A stretch of 64,000 bases of DNA. It comes from Takakia lepidozioides (lineage: Eukaryota; Plantae; Bryophyta). This document shows, piece after piece, positions 57,425-64,000 of this stretch. Position 1 is the stretch's first letter, and every line of letters begins with the position of its first letter. The notes under the pieces were generated by a model, which did not search any database, was not told where the DNA came from, and saw nothing but the letters and a program-made list of their open reading frames with translations. The DNA lies in NCBI GenBank assembly GCA_030704615.1, contig CM060734.1, positions 27,342,001 through 27,406,000 on the forward strand, in the 5' to 3' direction. Position numbers and translations under genes: made by a program.

Positions 57425-58249
57425 ACTAGCTAGGAGGGGCCGAGGTGTGTAGCGGAATGGGTTGGGCTCAAGAACCGCCCATCCGACTATGGTTAGTGCA
57501 GGGGGTACCGCGGTAAGCTAGTGGTTGTCTCAATTCTAGATCTAATTCTACCGGCAAAGAAGAGTTTAAGTTCTCATTCACAGGGCGAGGTTGCATTCCT
57601 AAGTCCTACGGTATGGTTATTTATTTTTAGTCTTGCAATTGCCTTCCAAGTCTTCTTTATTTACAAACTCCTACTAGCCTAAACCCCCCCAAGACGCTAA
57701 TAGGCGGGACCATTTTCCTGGTCCCTACACAAAACACCTACCAAGTTTAGGGAGGAAGAGGGGAAACCTCTTCCCACTGCCCCTCCAATTCCTTGGTGGT
57801 TGAGTTCAATCCACCCCTCCGAAAGGGCAAACTCCCTTTTACCCTCCAAATTCTGGCTTTAAAAGGGTCAATTTAAATCAAAGTCCCTAGGACTATTTTA
57901 TCAACAATTGACAATTCAAACAAATGGGCAAAACTAATTTTAAAAAAATCATAAGAAATACCCCTCGATAGAGAATCCTCCCTAGATCCCAAGGATCCTG
58001 AAATTGCATGCAGGGGCCCCAAGGAACAACCTGGGAACTAACCTTTTAAGTGGGAATGTTGGGGAACCACTCCCAAGTACGGGGAACAGCCATGGGGAAC
58101 AGCCGCCCTGATTAATGACTATGGATGGATGACATACGGGACCCTCCGTTCATCCATCGCTCAAAACATGCTAGGTGAAACTGAGTTAACAGCTCTATTC
58201 CATCAGTGACGAAGGTCAACGAAGGTCAGCAAGAACACTTGCTCCTGCC

Positions 58250-58878
58250 CAAATTCGGCGCCGTTTTTCCACCCGAGGGATGATCTCTGGTAACCACATG
58301 TTGGCCTCTCCCCCCGAGACGACTTCATCCAAGCCCCCTCGGATGGAAATTTGGCGCCGTTTTCCCCTCCGGGGGATGATCTCTGGCAGCCACATGTCGG
58401 CCTCTCCCCCCGAGACGACTTCATCCAAGCCCCCTCGGACGGAAATTCGGCGCCGTTTTTCCATCCGGGGGATGATCTCTGGCAGCCACATGTCGGCCTC
58501 TCCCCCCCCGAGACGACTTCATCCAAGCCCCCTCGGACAAAAATTCGGCGCCGTTTTTCCATCCGGGGGATGATCTCTTGCAGCCACATGTCGGCCTTTC
58601 CCCTCGAGACGACTGCATCCAAGCCCCCTCGGACGGAAATTCGGCGCCGTTTTTCCATCCGGGGGATGATCTCTGGCAGCCACATGTCGGCCTCTCCCCC
58701 CCGAGACGACTCCATCCAAGCCCCCTCAGACGGAAATTTGGTGCCATTTTTCCATCCGGGGGATGATCTCTGGCAGCCACATGTCGGCCTTCCCCCCCCC
58801 CGAGACGACTCCATCCAAGCCCCTCAGATGGAAATTCGGCGCCGTTTTTCCATCCGGGGGATGATCTCTGGCAGCCAC
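58250..58878 (+). repeat. About 96-98-bp GC-rich tandem array (about 6.5 units)
   Basis: GATGATCTCT recurs at about 58279, 58375, 58471, 58569, 58665, 58762 and 58860. Confidence 0.95.
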
Positions 58879-58899
58879 GCATCCTACATGTGCAACACT

Positions 58900-60700
58900 C
58901 CCCACATACCAATATATCGACACCCTTCTTACATAAATTAAAACAACTACTAACCATAACACACAAAATAAACACAACAGTCCACCCCTCTCCTACCACA
59001 CACCCACCGCATTCCCCAAAATCAAACCAAATAAAACTTGGGATAAAGTGCTACCTCGCCCACCCCAATACCCCCCAATACTCATACCCCCTATCCCCTA
59101 CCAACAAAACAACACCCTTAAATATCCCCCGGCCAACTCACACTACACATATGGCTCCCTTACCAAGCCCAATGCAGGATACAGAATTTATCATGCTGGC
59201 ACGGGCCAAGGCGTTGCCCTCAGTCTACCCGGCCCTGCCACAATCCTAAGAGCTGAACTTATGGCCATCCAAGACACTCTCTCCCTCATTGATGCCTTCC
59301 CCCCCCATACTACATCTTCACCGACAGCCTCACCTCTCTATACCTCATTTGTAACCACATCTCATGCCCTTCTTCCCATCATCACCATCCCGACCGCAAT
59401 CTAATTGCAGCCATCGTCAACAAAGCCGTCTCTAAAAACCACCCAGTACACCTCCTCAAAGTTCGCTCTCACACTGGCATACATGGTAATGAGACAACAT
59501 ACCAACTCGCTCAACTTGCCGCCTCCAAACCAAAAACTACCCCCACGAACGATCCTATCCACATTGCCCACACACACCCCTTTTGGTTTATGCATCCCAT
59601 TCCGGATCCCCCCGCCCCTAGACCAATCCGTAACCTACTGTCCACTCTTACTCGTGAGGCAAATAAACAAGCCGCAGCCTTCATTAGCCATACCAAAACC
59701 CACATTAAAAAATGGACCCAATTCAGCGTCATGCACCATAAACTCTCAAATCATTTCTGGCTAACCAAAGTCACCACTGACGCACAAATCCGACAAACAC
59801 TCAAATTCAGATACGCCCAATACATGGGGCACCAACGTAAACATATCTTCTGGCCGCATTTATTTCCATCCCCATACTGCCCACTATGCTCAGCTACCCA
59901 CCACATCTGAGACACTTGGCCACATCTCCTCAGTCAATGTACACACCCCGTCATACATGGCCTTCGTATCACGTGTCACAACCACGCAGTCTGGCACCTC
60001 CACAAACTTTTTCTAAGCCGTGCCGAAACCCGCTGGTTTTCGTTTGTTAATGCGGGTACCTACCAGGGACGCCCGCCAGACCACACAGTACCAACATGGC
60101 TACTACCATGTATCTGTACACAATTACCATGTTCCTGCCCCGCTAGGCTCTGCCCAGACATACTCCTTGTCCAGGGCCATCCCATTAATACCTTACCCCC
60201 CACCTCACCAACCACACAAATCACTATTCACTTCATCGAATTACCATTCTGCCACGATAGATACCCCTCCGACTCGATCCTGGAAAAAAGACAAAAATAT
60301 GCCCCACTAATCCTCACAATCTGCCAACGGGGCTGGAAAACTGGCCCACTAACTGTCATCACCGCCGGTACTCGAGGAGGCATCCATAATGCCAACATTA
60401 ACGACATCCACGACAATTTCCAAATCCCCATTCATAAATGTTTTAAAGCCATCCACCTCACGGCGCTCCGCTCCCTCACAGCTATTATCACCAACAAACG
60501 TCAACTAGAATCCGGCTCCTCGAACGCATCCTAGACCACCCAGCGTACCCCTGGGTACCCGGGGGTACCCTCGACCCTGTTATTTCCTATGGTCACCTGG
60601 TGTCCCACATGACACCTTTCTTTTTATAGGGCCCTCCCCCGAAAGGGGGCAGTAGCCGTAAGGCGAAGTGGCTCTTAGTTATGCCGGCTTCGGCCGGAGT
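58900..60700 (+). mobile_element. 3' part of a Dualen/RandI-like LINE: RNase H, CCHC and restriction-like endonuclease, structured 3' UTR
   Basis: ILRAELMAI, YIFTDSLTSL, KVRSHTGIHGNE (RNase H); CPLC...TWPHLLSQC; PDILLV...IHFIELPFC...EKRQKYAPL...ITAGTRG (PD-(D/E)xK RLE); stop at about 60532. Confidence 0.7.
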
Positions 60701-62720
60701 CTCTCTGTTAATGACAATTACGAAATGGCGGCTTACATATACAAAACTTCGAGACAGTCGCAAACTATCAGAGTTGCTCACAAAGTTTTATGAAGAGTAC
60801 GAGTCAGACAAGGATCAGAATGACCACCTCGGAGGAGTTAAGAAATCGCAAGATAAATGTTTGAAACGAGTTCAAAAGGGAGATGAGAACTCCAGGGGGA
60901 TGAAATTGATCCGACTCTTAAATTCGGAGTCAATTCAAGCAGTAAGCTCTGTGAGCTATTGTGCTCGAAACTGTTGTCAACACTTCAGCTGGGAAAAAAC
61001 TAAGGCTATCTGGAGTAAGTTCTTGGCATCTTCTTTTGATACAAAGAGAGATTTAGGGTTTGACATCCCCAACAACTACACCGACTTCCAGGTTGTGGTC
61101 GTCGTGCCTACCTTACAATGGAAGGAGTTGAGGTCAATGAGAAGGCGTTGTGGACAATCCATGGAATCGGAAGGTCAACGTACCATGGATACAAGAGGAA
61201 GAGTAAGGATGGATACATCTCGTCAATGCATGGAAACAGAGGAATGAAGAAACCCCGAGCAAAAACCTTGCAGGCCGAGGCAAATTTGTTATCGCTGATT
61301 TCAAGAAACAATGACCTTATGCCTCATAAAATGAGAGGTATCGGAGAAGGAAGACAAGATGTTCTAAAGTTGCTGCCGGTGGAGATGAATTGGAAGGAGC
61401 TGAACCGATAGTCCAATGAGGTAGGATACTGCATTCAAACCCAATCAAGATCCGCCTCTATAAGTATTTCTACTTTCAAGGAAGGGGATGTCACGGGAGA
61501 CCTCCCGTCATCATTCTGCTACGCGTGCTAATAGACTATATCAAATTGTGTGCATATAAACCGACAGACCATTGATGGATCATTCGGAGAGAAGTTAGTC
61601 CATTTCTTTACGAACAAATTTCTGTCGTTATTTTTGCATCTATCAAATTTCATATCTCTTGGTTTTAGATATTGGATGTTTGATTTCAATGTCAATGTTC
61701 ACGGGAGGTGTCCCGTCCTAAATATGATACCAACTCTATACATTGTTGACAATTGGATCAGGCGAACAAACGAATGGGCTTAAGGGCATTGTCGAAGTCT
61801 AGAATAAACCAAATTCGAACGAAAGTTTTTGGGAATGTTGAGGTTCGAAAACCTGGTGGAAAATTCGCGAAATGCACAGATTGTGAAATGTTCAAAGATC
61901 TTATCCAGAAGTCAGTCAGCAGAACTGAGGAGCAGAGAAAGCACAAAAAGAAATTTGAGAGACATTTGAAGCATCAAGAGTCATGTCGCAGGCTTTATCA
62001 TAGTTGGCGGAATGAATCAACGATGATGGGTGAGGAGTTTCTGTGTATTATACATGATAAGATGGATCACTCAAAGACTGCCTTGCCCCGGCTCCTCGTA
62101 ACAAACAAGATGACATCTGGTCTAGGTCAGCTACCTATATCCATAACAGGTATGGTGACTCATGGCTATGGTGACGGTGCTTATGCTGGGTTCACCAACG
62201 AGTTCTAGCCAAGTGATCCTAACTTGACAATCAGCTCCTTGGCTCATTGTCTTCGCGCTCTTGAGAAGCCCACATGTTGAGAGTCAAGAGAAATTTTCGA
62301 TCATCCAATGCAAAACTCATTTTTTGAAACTCTAATGAGAAGAAAGTCTCAATGTGAGAAAGCACTGAATCCTAGGGTATCCCAAGGCCCTGTTTGAGCC
62401 AAGCCATTACCCCGTCGACTATACCTGCAAATGGACAATTCTTCAATAGAGAACAAAAATCGTTGGATGCTTGTTTTTTTATCACTCTTGACGGCGAGAG
62501 GTATTTTTGAAGAGATCCAGTTTGGATTCTTGATGGTTGGTCACACCCACGAGGACATTGATGCATACTTTAGTTATCTGTCGAAGAAGTTGAAACAAAC
62601 GAACACATATATCCTTGCGAATCTCATGCGCCTCTTTATGGAGTCTCAAAACCTCTCGTTTATCCCTCAATTGATACAAGAGGTTGCAGACTTCAAGAAG
62701 TTTGTGGCTGGATATATTAT
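60700..62720 (+). mobile_element. Sola-like DNA transposase, degenerate, with a probable intron at about 61421-61760
   Basis: CIIHDKMDHSKTALP, LQMDNSSIENKN, FLMVGHTHEDIDAYFS; several stops and frameshifts; truncated at about 62720. Confidence 0.65.
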
Positions 62721-64000
62721 TAGAAGCGGAGGAAGTTGGGATGGCGGAGGTGGCATTGAATTTCAATCTTCTGACGTAGCTGATGCTCAACTTGTGACTG
62801 CTGCAGCTGACTTTTGAACAACACCTTCAGTGCTACTACGTATTTGCTCTGCTTATAGAGCCCAAACACAATGTGAGATCCATTGTTGTACTCAGATGAC
62901 AGGATGGGAGAGAAGAGAAGGATGTGTAGTGTGAAAAGAGATGGCCCAAAAGCCTAAATTGTGTTACTTATCGAGTTACCATGATCAAAGATTCCTCACC
63001 CTATCCTTACCGCAGTGGAAGAGAAAATAAAGGTAAGGCTACCAGCTCTACCCATCTACCTCTGTCTTGTTTCAGGTGTCATGTTGATTGGTAATTGCAT
63101 ATGCCAACGTGGTGTTTTCTTGTGCTCAAGTCACACTTAGAACATCACGAATGCAGGGTCAGTTATGGTTAAAGAGATTTTCATTTGGTAGTTCATGGGG
63201 TATGTCATTCTCCACACATGTGCTAATATGTTCAACAGCTAAATTGAACTACCCACTTGTCCATTGATCACTCTTCTAGACAGACAAGGCATTTCACATA
63301 CCTTTTCAGGGTTTTTTTTTTTTTTTTTTTTTCCTCTCTCATCTGGTCATGCCACCTTTTTTCCCAAGTTATAAAAGTAGCTCAGATTGTCTCTCCCATC
63401 CCTTGTTGTTCTCTTCTCACAACAAATGAAGATTACACGTATATTAGGCACCCAGACTGTTCGTGATAATTACAAGTCCTTTAGGTTCAGTAAAGCCAAC
63501 TGTTCAGAGAGTGCTTGTCCCTCCCATTCAGCAGATCAATCACTCCATTTCATTGCAGGCACCTCATGGTATTTCCTCTCTCTCACCTGGTCATGCCACC
63601 CTCCCAATGTGATGTATGCATACTTCAGCTCTGAGACTGCCAAGCCGTCACTGGAGGTATGATTTAGAACTCGATGAATAGTCTTCAGCGCCAAGAATGA
63701 TTCAGGATCGATGTCTTTGTAAGTTAGCAAATGCAGGAAAATATGCTTATCTTGTTGGAGGATCTCACCAGCAGACGACTCTCAGAACAACGCTACAACT
63801 CGAAACTTCAAGCATGGGAACCTCTCTCCGATCTCAACATAGCATGGGAAAGGGAGCTAATGGGAAAACAAGGATAAATGTGAACCGTTGGATATTGGTT
63901 GATCAAGGGTAGCGATCCCCACTTCCCAAACGGATGAATGACATGGATGAAGAGCAACATTCATGAGGACTTAAAACGGCTCATGTATCAATGTAAGTTG

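Noticed and set aside
58203-58999. Repetitive ORFs (203, 196 and 192 aa) or a CRISPR array
   Set aside because: These are translations of a roughly 96-bp tandem repeat that is open in several frames on both strands and has no unique spacers.
60628-60675. Hammerhead ribozyme
   Set aside because: Similar three-stem topology, but the CUGANGA and GAAA core is absent (CAGUA and GAAG instead).
62720-64000. Possible minus-strand exons (two WHDQ-ending segments)
   Set aside because: Too short and unrecognised to call a gene; may continue beyond the window.

Overview
Eukaryotic nuclear DNA from a land plant, most likely a non-seed plant such as a bryophyte. This is inferred from plant-type GOGAT and PYD1 genes, a PPR-DYW relic and an axonemal dynein fragment. 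The left part (about 2.4-26.9 kb) holds two spliced + strand genes: NADH-dependent glutamate synthase (about 26 exons) and dihydropyrimidine dehydrogenase PYD1 (8 exons). The GOGAT introns carry 3' fragments of an RTEX-like LINE with (CATTT)n tails, an apparent 5S rRNA-derived SINE sharing that tail, a Helitron-like tandem and a TSD-flanked LINE. The right part (about 28.6-64 kb) is a nest of decayed transposons: Harbinger, Mutator with SWIM finger, Sola-like, a Dualen/RandI-like LINE, blocks of host-gene fragments and a PPR-DYW pseudogene. The standout is a Ty3/gypsy LTR retrotransposon with a DNMT3-like C5-cytosine methyltransferase between protease and reverse transcriptase and a PHD finger after the integrase. 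Exon and element boundaries were read by eye and may be off by a few bases. Family calls come from motif recognition, not database searches.
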